A stretch of DNA of 63,463 nucleotides, the filler included, from Octopus bimaculoides (taxonomy: Eukaryota), in assembly GCF_001194135.2 (NCBI RefSeq). It is 3 parts of one record of this genome, joined end to end, with 100 filler letters (N's around TTAATTAATTAA, not from the genome) between each part and the next. Parts side by side here need not be neighbours in the genome. Positions count along the whole stretch, not along the records: positions 29,281 to 58,694 come from NC_068984.1; 2 more parts are not named here. One strand, given 5' to 3'. Position numbers and translations under genes: made by a program. Positions 37,151 through 51,638 of the stretch are shown here, piece by piece (the stretch's first letter is position 1; each line of letters starts with the position of its first letter). A model generated the notes under the pieces. The model made no database searches. It worked only from the letters and a program-made list of their open reading frames with translations, and was not told the DNA's origin.

Positions 37151-37192
37151 ACCACATCTGATATATATATATGTATGTATGTATGTATAATC

Positions 37193-37550
37193 TAGTTGAG
37201 TTAACAGTTTCTCATGAAAATAGCATGGACATAGCTCAGGCTTGAAATGCTGACCATTATAGAAACCTCTTTGAGGAAAGTGAAGACACAGGCTGGATAG
37301 TGGAGTATTTTCCAATCAACAATAGATGTAGAGGATTCGTTGGAAACAGTGTGAGGTGGCTGTTGTTATTGTTAGGTCTAACTTGTTGTAAAGCAAATAC
37401 CACCATGAGTGATATCTATACTACAGTGGAAATGGCAAGCTACTGGGTTCAATTAAAAAAAGACAATTAGCAATGGCTAGAAGAATATTGTGTGAAACCT
37501 GAAAATCAGTTGATTTAACAAGGAGGGCCTCATTTCAGTGAAGGTGGCGT
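37193..37550 (+). mobile_element. HERO/NeSL-like 3' end, second copy
   Basis: VELTVSHENSMD..YFPINNRCRGFVGNSVRWLL..KANTTMSDI..ASYWVQLKKD; homologous to 13700-14030. Confidence 0.8.
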
Positions 37551-38227
37551 ATGTGCAATGATACCATCAAAAGGTAGGCTCTGAAACAGTGTGCGTTCTC
37601 TTCTGTTGACCCCATAAATTTGCTAGCATCTGGTATGCAAAGCTTTCAACTGGTATCACTTGCATCTCCAAGCTGTTTCAAAAAAATAAAATGTTGTTTG
37701 CAAAACAATATATATATATATATATATATATAATGCCAATTATCTAAGGCCAAAATAATTACATTTACCGTTTTAAGAAATAGTCTCATCTCATTTCATG
37801 TAAACATCAGCAAATTACTCTATAGAAATTATCCTAATTTAAATTCCAAATTAATAGGCATCAAGAGCTAGATTGTCCCACATTGAATAGTTTAATTGAA
37901 TATTGCACAAAAAAGAATCTTAAAGAGTGGTTATTCTTTTTTTAAACTTGACACAATGGCTTTCTATAATTTGAATTAATTGCTATTTTTTGTGGATTTC
38001 TCATTTCTTGATTGAGTTTTCTTGAAACAATAGTACTGAATGGGTATATTTTACACTCTCATCAATATTAGTGTGACTTGATTCATTTTCTGTCATTATT
38101 TATTTAGAATTTTAAATGCTGATTATTTGATGTGGCTCTAGCTTAAGGATATTCAAATGTGTACAACTTCTCCTTGACAAGTTTCCATGAATCAAGGGGT
38201 ATTTAGAAGAAAATTTATCCATTTGGT

Positions 38228-38688
38228 ACAGACGTGGCAGTGTGGTAAGAAGTTTGGTTTCTAGCCACATGGTCCTGAGCTTAGTCCTACTGTGTGGCAC
38301 CTTGAGCAAATGTCTTCTACAACAGCCTTGGGCCGATCAAGCCTTGTGAGTGGATCTGGTAGATCGAAACTGAATGAAACCCATTTTATATATATATATA
38401 TATATTATATATAGTGAGAGAGAGAGAGAGAGAGGGGGAGAGAGAGAGAGAGAGATAGAGAGAGAGAGAGTAAAAATTTTATACTAACATAATGTGGCAG
38501 TCGAATGTTACTGTTATTTAGCCCTAGGAAACAGCGTCTCCAGCTGGCTATATGACACACTATCTGTGTGTTGCATTCGACTGCCACATTATGTTGGCAA
38601 ATAATCTTTACTCTAGAGCACTGTTACTGTATGTCTCTCATTGAGAGATTTACAAATAGTAATTTTCTGTTTCAGATACATATATATA

Positions 38689-38727
<39 letters not shown>

Positions 38728-38810
38728 GCACCCACCACTGCTGGACAACAGATGTTGGTGTGTTTACATCCTTGTAACCTAGCAGTTTGGCAAAAGAGAC
38801 CGAATAAAAG
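38228..38810 (+). mobile_element. SINE family C with an insertion in its central microsatellite
   Basis: Head and tail homologous to 20615-21234, with CpG decay. Confidence 0.8.
38486..38670. repeat. Repeat with 22-bp inverted repeats around an inverted core
   Basis: AACATAATGTGGCAGTCGAATG at 38486-38507 and its reverse complement at 38574-38595; related copy at 40211-40380. Confidence 0.8.
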
Positions 38811-39494
38811 ATGAAAAATTCCTTTCCAGAACATTTGCTGTAAAGAACCAATCAAGGATTATAAATTGAAAGTGTTACTTTCCTAAATTATTATTAATGT
38901 TTTGGCTTTTCTTTTTTTTGTCAGTGTTGTCATCATTGCAATACTTACATTTGTTGTCGGTGTCTACAGACGTGATGTCATCATAACCATTGTTGTCAAC
39001 ATCATCCACATTGTTTATTCTTTACTAGTGAGGCACTTTATTCAATTGGTCTTCACATGACAAACCAGCAAACCGTGGCACATTCTTTTTATGCAGGACA
39101 TAAGCAAATATCACTACTGTTCAGTTGATGTCAATGTAAAACACACTCAGAGACAATGCACACATGCATGCATATATGCTTATATACACACATACACATA
39201 TGATTTTAGTTTCTGTACATTTCATTTTTTTCTTCTACTAAATTTCATTCACAACTCAAAGCTATAGCAGAATAAACTTGCCCAATGTGCTATGCTGTGA
39301 GATTAAAAAATTAGAATCATAAGGTTGAATACAAACTACTGAACCTATCCTTCATGCTTACATGTTTCATATTAGTGTTTTGTAGTGTTGTAATGACTTC
39401 TTGTAAATGTACTGTTAACTGGAAGAAAAGTGTTGTACTTAGTTGAGTATCCAACACAGTCATCTTATTTCAATATCAACATTTGTATTGCGTA

Positions 39495-40015
39495 TGGACG
39501 AGGACAGCTGTGTAAAGAAGTGCTGATCTCTAACTATGGGAGGAGCCTGTGGTAGACGTAGCCTCAGGAAGACATGGGACAATGTGGTGAAGTATGAACT
39601 TCGAACTTTGGGTCTCACAGAGGCAATCACTCGTGACCAAGACCTTTGGCGATATGCTGTGACTGAGAAGACCTGTCAAGCCAAGTGAAATCATACTTGT
39701 GGCTGATGCTGGTGTCACGTAACTGGCACACATGCTAGTGGAATGTAAAAAGCACATTTTGAATGTTGGGCCTCACAGCAGCAAAGTGGATGAGCTCCTT
39801 TTGAGTGCTGAGCTTCACGGAGGCAATGACCAAGACCTTTGGTAATATATTGTGCTTGAGAAGAAGACCCATCAAGGTGAGCGTAATCGCAGTCGTGGAA
39901 GATATTGGTCTCATGCAAAATGCAGCCATGCCAGTGGCACGTAAAAGCACCCATTACACTCTCAGATTGGTTGGCATTAGGAAAGGCATCCAACCATAGA
40001 AACCATATTCGCTGG
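39495..40015 (+). mobile_element. RTE 3' end/tail, rearranged
   Basis: MDEDSCVKKC-like start; GTGGCACGTAAAAGCACC..GGCATTAGGAAAGGCATCC tail. Confidence 0.7.
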
Positions 40016-40210
40016 ACACTGCCCCATCTGATTATCATTTATTCTGCTGTCTTCAAAACCATTTGGATAGAAAAGATATCCATTCTCTAGACAAAGAATA
40101 TTTTCGATCTCAGCAAAAACAATATCTTCATACTACAGTTTCTGGGTTATGCAAATATTGCTTTGTGCTGAGTGGGGACATTGAACTCCCTTGTTCAAAA
40201 AAATATAAGG

Positions 40211-40380
40211 ACACAAATAATGTGTTATATAGCCAGCAGGAGACAATATTTCCTGGAGCTCAATAACAGTAACATTCATCCCGACCAGGATTACGACATT
40301 ATGTTGGCAAATAATCTTTACTTTAGACTACCGTTTCTGAATGTCTCTCATTGAGAGATTTAGAAATTATTATTTTTTTC
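40211..40380. repeat. Second copy of the 38486-38670 repeat
   Basis: Core in the opposite orientation, same downstream flank. Confidence 0.75.
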
Positions 40381-41352
40381 TATACACACATATGTTTACT
40401 ATGTTTAAAGTTGTCAAAAGGCCACTGAGATTTAAATGCTGTGGTCCTAGACATATCACATCTGGTGGTGAAGGGCAGACTCTCTCCTTCTCCCAGACAT
40501 TTCTACATGGTATAAGTTTATAGTAAATGTTTTTAAATCTGTTATTACGTAACTCTGACCATGTGAAATTATATGACTTACTTTGGATGCATATAAGATT
40601 AAACTTCTAAATGTTCATACATATGTTTGTATGTACATACATATGTATGCACATCTTACATGGGCATTAAATATACCTTTTAATTTCAGTCTCAATGAAA
40701 TCATGAATAAATACATATACAAACAGAAACTGTATGCAAAGCTATACAGAACTGCTATGCATGGACATAAAACTGGGGAAAAGTTTAAAATATATTCAGA
40801 AGACTTAGTAGAACCTATAACTATTATATCCACCATTGTAATTAGATCCAACTTGATTATTTCAGTGTAAAAGAAAGCTAAACCAAATAGAATGAATTTA
40901 ATTACTATTGACTGACCTAAAAATAAAATGGTAGATGGGTGGAACTTGCATGGCTCAAAGTTTTTTAATGTTCATTTCTTTTGTTTTTTACAGGATCTGT
41001 GATTTTTCTTACACAGATTATAAGAAATATTCTTTGATTCTCAGCACGTTCATTGCAAACTGTAATAGCAAGAAAGAGAAACTAGTTGTTGAATGGGTCT
41101 CAGTCTATTTTATGCTATAAATTCAATGAGTTGGTGCCACCGTTTGGGATCGAAGTAATGTGTGATTGATGGTTTTTCACCAAATCAAATGTGCTTTGCA
41201 TTGTAATCAGAAATTAGTGTGAAAAATCTCCATATAAGTCATATCTCACACACTTACATGATAATTCTTTGCATGGTATTTTCACTGAAGGTACATACAT
41301 TCACAGATAATAGACCTGTGCATATATGCATGTGCATCTTTGTCAGTATGTG

Positions 41353-41385
<33 letters not shown>

Positions 41386-43019
41386 ATTTATATATATATG
41401 TATTTATATATATGTATATATATANNNNNNNNNNNNNNNNNNNNNNNNNNNNNNNNNNNNNNNNNNNNNNNNNNNNNNNNNNNNNNNNNNNNNNNNNNNN
41501 NNNNNNNNNNNNNNNNNNNNNNNNNNNNNNNNNNNNNNNNNNNNNNNNNNNNNNNNNNNNNNNNNNNNNNNNNNNNNNNNNNNNNNNNNNNNNNNNNNNN
41601 NNNNNNNNNNNNNNNNNNNNNNNNNNNNNNNNNNNNNNNNNNNNNNNNNNNNNNNNNNNNNNNNNNCCTCTCTCTCTCTCACACATACACAAGCACAAAC
41701 ATACTAGCAGTTACATTCTGCTTAAGTTGCATTCGTATACATGACTGATAAGTTTTGCATGCAATGAGCCTTAATCGTTTTATCAAAAATATACTATTAT
41801 ACAATATTTCATTTGAAATCCATTTAAAAATGTGATAGCATTTTTGAGATCTTCTCTTTGTCATTTCAAAATTGCAAATATTTCTTCTTATTCTCATTAG
41901 TTTACTAACTTTGTGGTAGTGTGTGTGTGTTTAGATGTTTTAAAGAGAAGAGAATCAAATACAATGTTATAGCTGAGCATAAAAAAAATCTCAAAATCTA
42001 AAAGCCAATTTTTAGAGAAATATTTTTGTTTGCAATTTTTATACTATGTTATGTTTATTTATAATTATTTCCTATTTAAAGGAAAAGAATACAATTTTTA
42101 GATAATCATAGAATATGGAAAACAATTTTTGCTTTTAAGCTGTTTGTAGTCATGTTATCTATTAGCTGAGCAAATATATTTTTCCTCAGTATAAGAATGT
42201 AAAAGAAAAGAAAAATAAATAAATAAATAGATAAATAAATAAACCAGAAATTAGTCTTTTCATTCTGATCAAAACAATAACAATTTTGAATAGTTAATGG
42301 ATGAAATTGAAATACTAATTTCTTTCTTAGGCAAAACAAAGCAAAACATAATCAATTGATTATATATATAAATTAAGCTGATATATAAATTATCGAGGAA
42401 TGTAAAGCAAAATTTCCTCCATCAGTCTATGTTGTTCTGCACACACACATACACACNNNNNNNNNNNNNNNNNNNNNNNNNNNNNNNNNNNNNNNNNNNN
42501 NNNNNNNNNNNNNNNNNNNNNNNNNNNNNNNNNNNNNNNNNNNNNNNNNNNNNNNNNNNNNNNNNNNNNNNNNNNNNNNNNNNNNNNNNNNNNNNNNNNN
42601 NNNNNNNNNNNNNNNNNNNNNNNNNNNNNNNNNNNNNNNNNNNNNNNNNNNNNNNNNNNNNNNNNNNNNNNNNNNNNNNNNNNNNNNNNNNNNNNNNNNN
42701 NNNNNNNNNNNNNNNNNNNNNNNNNNNNNNNNNNNNNNNNNNNNNNNNNNNNNNNNNNNNNAACCAGATGTTCTTATTCAGATGGTGTTAATGAAATCTA
42801 TCTTCCAAGAAAATATTTGTAGTATTTTGAAAATGCTTTGCTGTATTCAGTTGCAACTCTATATGTCTTACTTTTGAATCCTGCAATTAAGAATGTTATC
42901 TATTATTGATCCAGGTTCCATGAATTTAGTATCAGAGTACAAGTAAAGCCCTGGGATTGGCATAAACCCCTATACTCATCTGATTTCTTATGCCAACATA
43001 ATTAACAACACTGTCTGAG

Positions 43020-43440
43020 CATGTTCATTGCCAGAGCAGCTGTCTGGCTTCCATGCTAGTGGCCCGTAAGCACCATTTGAGCGTAATCATTACCAGCGAT
43101 GCCTTCTAGCACTTGTGCTGGTAGCACGTTAGAAAATCATTCGAGTGAGGTCGTTGTCAGTGCTGCTGGACTGGCTCCCGTGCAGGTGGCATGTAAAAAA
43201 CACCATTTTGAGTATGGCCTTTGCCAGTACCATGTAACTGGCCCTCGTGCCGGTGGCACGTAAAATCACCCACTACACTCTCGGAGTGTTTGGCGTTAGG
43301 AAGGGCATCCAGCTGTAGAAACTCTGCCAGATCAGATTGGAGCCTGGTGCAGCCTTCTGGTTTGCCAGTCCTCAGTCAAATCGTCCAACCCATGCTAGCA
43401 TGGAAGGCAGACGTTAAACGGTGATTATGATGATGACGAT
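43020..43440 (+). mobile_element. RTE-type 3' tail ending in (GAT)n
   Basis: GGTGGCACGTAAAATCACC..CATGCTAGCATGGAAGGCAGACGTTAAACG then a GAT-rich tail; reverse copy at 53710-53955. Confidence 0.8.
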
Positions 43441-46269
43441 ATCAATATAAGGTATGAATGTTTGATTAGATCTTTTCAAGTTTAGAATGTACAAGGGAGA
43501 GATAGTGAAGGAATTCAAGAGAGATATAAATTTGTACAGAGAAAGACAAAAAGAAAAAGAAACTGAGAGAGAGTGAGAGAAAAAGGCAGACAGAAAGCAA
43601 TAGAGAAAGAGAGGAATGGGACAGAAGACCAAAAGTTATACAAGGTATCTAGTGCAGAAATATGGAGGTTTAAATATATGTAGGTGATAGTACAATGAGA
43701 AATACATACAAGTAGCTTAAGTCAATAGGTTTGAAGGATTTATCACTGTTGTTGTTGATATTTGCCTTCATTCCAGCACTGATTGAGCCAACCTCTAATG
43801 AAATCTATTCCAGACATCACAGTAAGTTCTTTTATATATATAAGATTACATTGTTGAAAATATCTTTCCCTTCTTATGTGATAGATTCTGATGTCAGGGA
43901 GAAGAGGTCGCTATTTCTAGCAAGTTGAGCAAGTGTGTAGGAAGTCCCTCATAAGTTTGAGAAACTATTGTCACCATCATCATTATCCTTGTTTTCTCTT
44001 TTTTTGTTGTATTCCAGAATTTATTTGCATGCACAATGTTATGTCCCTGTGATATATTTCTCAGAAATAGATGATGATGATGATGATGAGGAGGAGGAGG
44101 AGGACTTTGATTGGTATAAATTTAGAAGTTCACTGGGGAGCAAACATAGTTGATTGAACTCCAATAAATACTTCAAATATTACAAAACCTAAAAGTCTGG
44201 AAATTAGACTTGGCTTAAATGTGTTTTGGTATCAAAGCATAAAATTGACCAAATTATATACTAATAAGCATTTAGTCTGATGTTCTACAATTTCTGTCAC
44301 TCCAGTAATTATATTAATGATTATAATAATATTGTAAATCATTTTTACATTGGAGTTAAATCTTCAAAACTTTATTTTTCAAGAGTTTAAGCAATGCAGA
44401 CAAAAGTATTTTAACCAGAAACTAAAATGAAGCTGAAATCTTTGGATCTCAAATTGCTTTACTTCATAAAATTTTCCCTTGTTTCCAACTAACATTTGAG
44501 TATTTATCTGCATAAGAGGACTGGAGTAATGAGTCATATCACTCAGTAGTTCCATAATGTATATTGTGCAACATTTTTCTTTAAAGTATTGTATCCTGAC
44601 TACAAATGAGCATTAATTACCATTTTCTCTCTTGTGATATAAAAAATTGATATCAGAGATATTCAGCCAACATCGCACAGCTATCTATCTCAACAATTCA
44701 TGTTCTCTTAGCAGTGATTGGATTATTCATTCGTTAACTGTGGTCAAACAAGATCAATGTGAAATAACGAAGCTAGCTGATTCTCTATAGAATAAATAAC
44801 TACGTATATAAATATGTGATTATGCTTCAGATCTTCAAATGAGTGATTGATACGCAGATATCTGAAAGAGTAGCCATTATCTTCCAAATCTCTGTGATTC
44901 TAGGCTTCAATCTTAAGATGAGGTGAGCTGGTTATGAATATAAACTTTTCAGTGCTGCTAACAAAACAACAATAATTGTAAATCCATCAGTCTGCTCTTA
45001 TATGCAATGCAGTATCTTCTCCATGACCTTCACAGTTCTTTCACTCACTTGCTTAGTATTTTAATGATTAGGTCACTGATCTGTTAATATTTTCTATATT
45101 ATCTATCTTTTTCTGAAACATGCACATGTTTACAGAGGCAAACACAGTCAATCATAACCTTCTGTATGCAATCATTCAAATTTCTTAGGTAACTCAGAAT
45201 ATTTTTAAACATCTTGTAAGAGACAGATAGCAATTTTATGCTCCATACCACATGTCATTCTCAGCCAAATTTGGTTCTATATTATGAATAGAAATATGAA
45301 TGTTTCCATAGAAAATTATTGTTATTCCTTTGTTTATTTTTACTTTCATTTGATGTAGACTGAAGTAAATGGCTATCAATTTTATAAGAATTTTACAAAA
45401 GAAAGTAATTACAGAATTAGTTATTCAACATTTTACAAGTTTCACATCTTGTAATTTATATCTGAGGATTTGTTAAGTACCAGCAGATTATTAAAATTAA
45501 TAATCAAACATTATGCATGTTTTAATGCACTGAAATTTGTAGGCTACTTGGAAGTATTTGTTTTATTCTCTTCATATAATAAATTAGTTGTAACCAGCAA
45601 ACAGTAGCAATAGCTACTCACAACTTCTGTATAGTCACTAGAATATCCCCACCAAAACTCCTTATCTACTTTAAAATAAAATCTCATCTCCTATGTGGAA
45701 AATCTTTTACAAACCTTATTATAAAAGAAAGATGGTTATAGGAAAAAATCATTCGTTGACTGTTAGATTCAATTAATTATCAATGAAACAAAGATTTCTT
45801 AAACAGGTTTAACTGTGGTAACAAATATCAACAACATTTAATAGGCTTATAAATTGATTCTAGTTTGGCTTACACTAGGCAATTTAGAATAATCTAAAAT
45901 GCGTTTATCACAGTAATTATGCCAAAAGACCATTAATGTTTAGGCTTAGCATACATCAAATAGGTTATATTCTTGTACTCACTAATTTTACAAGCTATCA
46001 TGCACAGATTTAGTTGTTCAGTCACCATAATCCTTGATGACAGATAGTTAAGGATGTTGTCACTCATTTTGCCAATTAGAAGTTGTCACTTAGAAAACAT
46101 TGAAATATTATTTAAAGAATACTTATATATGTATAAAATAACTGTGTAAGAGTTGTCAAATATCATAATAATAAAATAATAATAATAAAACCCAACAAAA
46201 TTTATAAAAATATTCTTAAATTTAAGGCGGTTATATTTTGTAATAATAGGTAGGAGGTAGCGATTTTCT

Positions 46270-46590
46270 TCACTGCTTCAGTGAGTGATGACCTTGCCTG
46301 ACATGAGTCCCAGGCTCAGTTGGCTCTGGCTGACAGTACCTGGTATGGGCCGCTATCCAGGGTTACAGAAAGGAGACAACCTTCAAAGAAATCTGGAGTG
46401 GAGCCCCATAGGTGGTTTAGTGTTTGACACCACACTCTTCCGGCAGCTCCTGCAACCAAGCTGGTGCATTCCTTTGGACTATGTCAGCAAGGTCGAGAGA
46501 GGAATCCTGACGATTGGGCTACCCAAGATTTTCTTACATCTAGCCCAGGCCTGCGCAAAACTGGAGAGGAAACTGGAGAGGACATGAAAT
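46270..46590. mobile_element. GC-rich island, probable LINE UTR fragment
   Basis: Abrupt GC-rich island with no convincing ORF; family not identified. Confidence 0.3.
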
Positions 46591-47599
46591 GTAAAAACCA
46601 GACTGGATTAGTTTAAATGCAACTCCATTATCTCCCAAGACAAAAGGATGCCAACAACAACAATTTTGTAATATGAGTTTAACCATTCTCTTTTTTCTTA
46701 ATAAAATTTCTTTGTATTTTAATTTACAAAATCTTTTACTGAACTGTTTCAGAATAAGAATATGAATCTTTTTCTTCTAAAGGAACAGAAAAATAAATCG
46801 TTATTAGGTAATGTTCTAAAATACATTGTACCAAGATGTAACAGAAGTGATTGAGAATGTAAACGTCAGTTTTAATAGCATTTTGTTTTGATCACATCAT
46901 CAAGCAAATCGTACAGATAGTTAATGACTTAAACATTCAAAATTGTCTTAGAATTATACTTTGCTTAAAAAACATCTAAACTTTATGAAATGCAACAATT
47001 TATGCATATTCTTTTCAATCCTCAGTAAGGAGACTTGCTTATTCTCCTCTGAAAAACTCTACCTTAGACAATGTTATGATTTGATACTCAGAGGATTTAA
47101 AGATTTTCAAAGTTCAAGACCAAAATAGCCTAATGATCATAAACCATTTTTTATATGTGCCAAAGCAATGTACAAGAACTGATTGTTACTTCATGTTCCA
47201 TGGAATTAAGTGGTTAGAAATAAATATTTCCCCCAGTAGAATTCATATTTATTACTGGTATTGTACTTGAATAATCTGAAGGTATTTTGTAACCTTAGTT
47301 AACTAAGCCAATATCATTGACGTGTATTGTCTAATTACACAACAAATCTGTGATATGGTAACCCAAAATTTAACCTTCCCAAAGCTTTCACTTTCTATTT
47401 GCTTGTTGTTAATTTGCACCAAGTCAGCTCTTGACAGACAGGCCTAAGCGTCTCTAGCTATGATCATTCTACCATTGTTTCTAGACGTATCATTCCTTGG
47501 ACAATTTGTTGGCTTTTCTTTTTCAGACTGTATGGAATTTTTTGAGTGAAATTTAGTTTCTATTTCTTGCAGCTCAGGCATCCCTGTAGAAGTTGTTTC

Positions 47600-47825
47600 A
47601 TAGGTACATGGATTATTGTTATGGTTGTTTAGCTTCTGTCAGTTTTCATCACTTGACAACCAATGTTGGAGCGTCTACGTCCCCATGGCAACAGAGACCA
47701 ATAGAATAAGTACTAAGCTTACAAAAAATAAGTTCTGGGGTCGATTTGTTTTTACTAAAGGCGGTGCTCCAGTATGGCTGCAGTCAAATGACTGAAACAA
47801 ATAAAAGAGTAAAAGAGTAAAGAGA
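47600..47825 (+). mobile_element. SINE family C, 3' part
   Basis: ATAGAATAAGTACTAAGCTTAC..CAGTCAAATGACTGAAAC..(AAAAGAGT)n. Confidence 0.8.
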
Positions 47826-49154
47826 ATACATAAATTGCTTTATGAATATGCATATATGAATTGTAAGCATTCCACTAATAGTCTCTATGTCTCTGTTATT
47901 GTTAAATTTATATAAAGTTTAATAAACATGCTTGATAACAGCATGTTGATTAAACTTTTTATAACCATTCTGTAAGTTTCTTTAAGATGATTGGTTTTTA
48001 AAGAATTTTGCTAACTAGACAGTCTAATTACATCTTAAGATACTCCAGTTGTATTTCAGTTAGTTTTTGTGGCTTATGGGAGAATACATTAAACATATGA
48101 AGGGTTTTGAACATTTGGAGCAATTCATCAACTTTGTTATTTTAAATGCTAGTCTAAAAGACAGTTTTATCTATGTTCATCATAACTTTCACAAATTGTC
48201 TTTCATTTTAATGGTACATTTTAAATACGTTTCCCTCTAAGTACCTTTTATTAAATTTCATCAAATTGCCTTTGGCCTAATTTTAGCTTGTATACTATTT
48301 ATTACCACTTCATTGCACTTTATGTGTCACAACAAAGATATATGAGACACATGCCATGAATCTCTCAGAGCCTTTCTTACTGATTACTTTTTCTCCACTC
48401 GTTTCCACTTAAATTCATTTTGCACATACAGTGTACCATAGAAAACTAATTCTTCTCCATTCATTATGGATCTTTACTTTACATTTTTTTTATCACTACT
48501 GTAGATCATCATACGTGTGACACATACATATCAGGAAAGAAGCAAATTTTCTATTTCGTGCTACAGAAGCCCTAAAACATCTGAAGTACTGTTGTACCCA
48601 TCTCCAACTCACACACACATACACATACTGATGCACATGTGTATACATACTCAATCCTCTCATCACTTTTACATGTGAAACAATATACTATGATTAATAT
48701 GAAGTGAAAAGAGCCTCTGTTATTGATATTCAGCTTATAGTAGTAGAGTGATTAATAAAATAAACCACGAGACTTCACTGCCTTTAACATTATTCCTCTA
48801 TTCTGAATTCATATCATACTGAACTTTACTCCATTTTTGACATCTCTGCCTCCTGTAGGTCCATAAGATAGATACTAGTTATGGACAGTTGTTGAATCAG
48901 CCAATTATACTTCCTTTCACTTAAAAATTATTAGTCTTCTATCAATGTAAGAATAATCTTGACTTCAAATTTTTTCTGATGTTGTCTTTTTCATTCATCT
49001 TTACAGAATTGATAAAATACAAATCGTTTAAGTACTAGGGACTGATTAAATCAACTACACAACATAACTCCACCAAATAAATTATAGGTTTCCTGCTATC
49101 TATTAAAGAAATCAATATTCCCAAGAAATTTATTCATTCTTTAAATGCACTTTT

Positions 49155-49198
49155 TCAACTTTCAGTTTCGTTGGTGTTCTGTCTAACCGATCTTGAAC
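49155..49198 (-). CDS. Candidate terminal exon
   Basis: Acceptor aaattttatag|; phase 1 matches the 49781 donor; reads (G)SRSVRQNTNETES*; AATAAA ~20 nt after the stop. Confidence 0.35.
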
Positions 49199-49780
49199 CT
49201 ATAAAATTTTCAAAAAATATATATAATGGTATAAAAATAATATTTCTTCAAGATTACTATGTGATTCATATATTTTTCTTCTAGTTGTATATTCTTTTAT
49301 GGGTTTCAGTTATTAGAATGCCACCATACTGCGGTACTACATTTATGGGTTTAGTTCATTATTTTAACTCGAATACCCAGAGCTTATTTCAGATTGGTAC
49401 TTATTTTATTGATATGCCTCTAATATGTAAGACTATTATAATTAGAATAAGATATATTTGAATTTTGATAAGTGACAATGTTCTTTCAATGTCTTGTAAA
49501 ATTGAAGTTTTATGTATATAATTTATAATGAGATGATCTTCATATATTTTTGTAGTTAAGTTGCTGTATAAAATCATGCCTGCCCTTTATGACTACTTAT
49601 TCATTGCAGTTTCTCAAAGACTGTGCTTGAGTAAGAAACTTCTTTATATCATGCTAGAAATTTACTATTATTAATACAGTGAAATTTTATCTCACATCAC
49701 ACATTTCATGTGACATAATCATCACCCTCATCACTTCTCATTCATTTTTCAATGCTTGCATAAATTAGACAGGATTTTAC

Positions 49781-49911
49781 CAGCATGAATTTGACACTTG
49801 TCACAGTCATTCATCATATTTGTGAGGCTCAGCAACCTGAGATAAGTTTTCATCTCTTCTGCCCTAGTCTTCTCTAGTTTTTCTCTTCGAAAATTCCTTC
49901 TACATGCATTA
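49781..49911 (-). CDS. Candidate internal exon, best supported in the middle piece
   Basis: Acceptor catctttgcattttaag| (or |tag at 49900), donor G|gtaaaa; only one frame is open: NACRRNFRREKLEKTRAEEMKTYLRLLSLTNMMNDCDKCQIHA. Not recognised. Confidence 0.5.
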
Positions 49912-50284
49912 CTTAAAATGCAAAGATGATACAATGGCATGAATAAGTAATTGAAAGTTGATAGAAGGACCATGCTGAATGAAGATATACACTTTCAAAG
50001 GAATTCTGATTCAGTCACATTTTGGAACTTGTATACTCTTTTACTCTTTTACTCACTTCACAGTCATTGGACTGTAGCCACCCTGGAGTACTGCCTTGAA
50101 ATGATTATCAAACGAATAGTGCTTGTTTTTAAGATAGGTATTTATTTTGTTTGACTTGTTTTGCCAGACTGTTAAGTCACAGGGATATAAACAAAACAAT
50201 GACAGTTGTCAAACAGTACAACACAATCACAAAGACACGTATATACCTACATATCTACATTGGCAATGGACTTTCACACGGTTT

Positions 50285-50465
50285 CTATGTATCAAGTTGA
50301 TTACATCAACCCTCCCAGTGCTCAAATGGTACTTATTTTATCGACCCCAAAAAGGATAAAAGGCAAAGTAACCTCAGTGGAGTTTGAACTCAGAACATAA
50401 ATTTGGATGAAATACCACTAAGCATTTTGCCTGGAATGCTAACAATTTTCCCAGCTTGCTACCTT
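50285..50465 (-). mobile_element. SINE family B, CpG-decayed copy
   Basis: Aligns to 8690-8908 with most CpG converted to TpG/CpA. Confidence 0.85.
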
Positions 50466-51569
50466 TATAATAAAATATTAAAGTAATGATCTTGTCAGTC
50501 ATGTACTGAGGGTAAATTTTTTTCTAATGATTCATGATCTTGTATTCCAATCTAACATTTATTTGAAAGATATTTTTTTATTTGTATGTTAAAAATATAT
50601 TTCTTTTTCTCCAGATTCTCCACATTAGTTTATTTGATTTCTTGAACTATCACTCTTCCATTATTTTATTTTCTGAATATAATATCATGATATATAATGA
50701 TGAAATATTTTAAGATTTAAAAACATTTAATAGTGGTCTGTTTGTGTATGATTAACTAAAATATTCACTGCTTCAACTTTCCAAAATCAATTATTTTCAA
50801 AGTACTGATTATATTCATATCATGTCATTGGGAATTTCTTTAATGATAATTTATTGTGGTGATATGATAACAAATCCATAATTCTGATGACCAATAAATC
50901 TTGTAATTCTGTTATTTGATCATTTTAAAAACATTTGTTCTTTTGCCCAAGAACTTAGTTAAAACATTAAGAATTTTGTTTTTCACTTAATACTAATGTT
51001 CAAGCTATGTGACCAACACTAATTAACTTGGAAAAAACAGTAATTAAAAAATATTGACATGGATTTATGCTTTATTTTATTTTCATCATTATAGCTATTT
51101 AATTCTTCTACATATATGAGTGAACATGTTATGTGTGTGTGTGCATGCTCATGGACACGTGTGTGTAATGTGTGGGTTGAGGAAGAGAGAAAATGTATTT
51201 CTTTTATATGTGGCTGTGTCCTGAGAAACAATTGTGCATGTTATATCAATTCTTTATAGCTCAGAAGTTCACCAGTCCTTATTTTAATGATCTCTGAAGG
51301 ATGACGAGCAAAGTGAATCTGGTATGATTTGAACTAAGAACGTACAGAGATAAAAAAATGCAGTAAGTCCTTCCTTGGAAAATATAACAATATCCTAGAC
51401 ATGACTGAAATAACAAACTGTTTATTGTAGGCTTGATGATAAAGCTAATGGAAGGAAAAGTGTATTGCAAACTTTTAACTAAGGAATATAACATTTAAAT
51501 GCTTTAACATTGACATCAACAACAACTGTAACAGGTGCAAAAAGAAAAAAGTGAAAATATGAATATTCA

Positions 51570-51579
51570 TTATAATAGT

Positions 51580-51638
<59 letters not shown>

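Noticed and set aside
40995-41120. Strong plus-strand acceptor followed by ICDFSYTDYKKY...
   Set aside because: No partner plus-strand exons or homology recognised; left unannotated.
42868-42876. Possible 9-nt minus-strand micro-exon (ttgcag|GATTCAAAA|gtaaga)
   Set aside because: Too short to support without RNA data.
44074-44125. Plus-strand EIDDDDDDEEEEEDFDW, resembling the acidic FDW motif of SHQ1
   Set aside because: Built from a (GAT)n(GAG)n microsatellite; the following residues (YKFRSSLGSKHS*) do not continue as in SHQ1, and no other SHQ1-like exon was seen.
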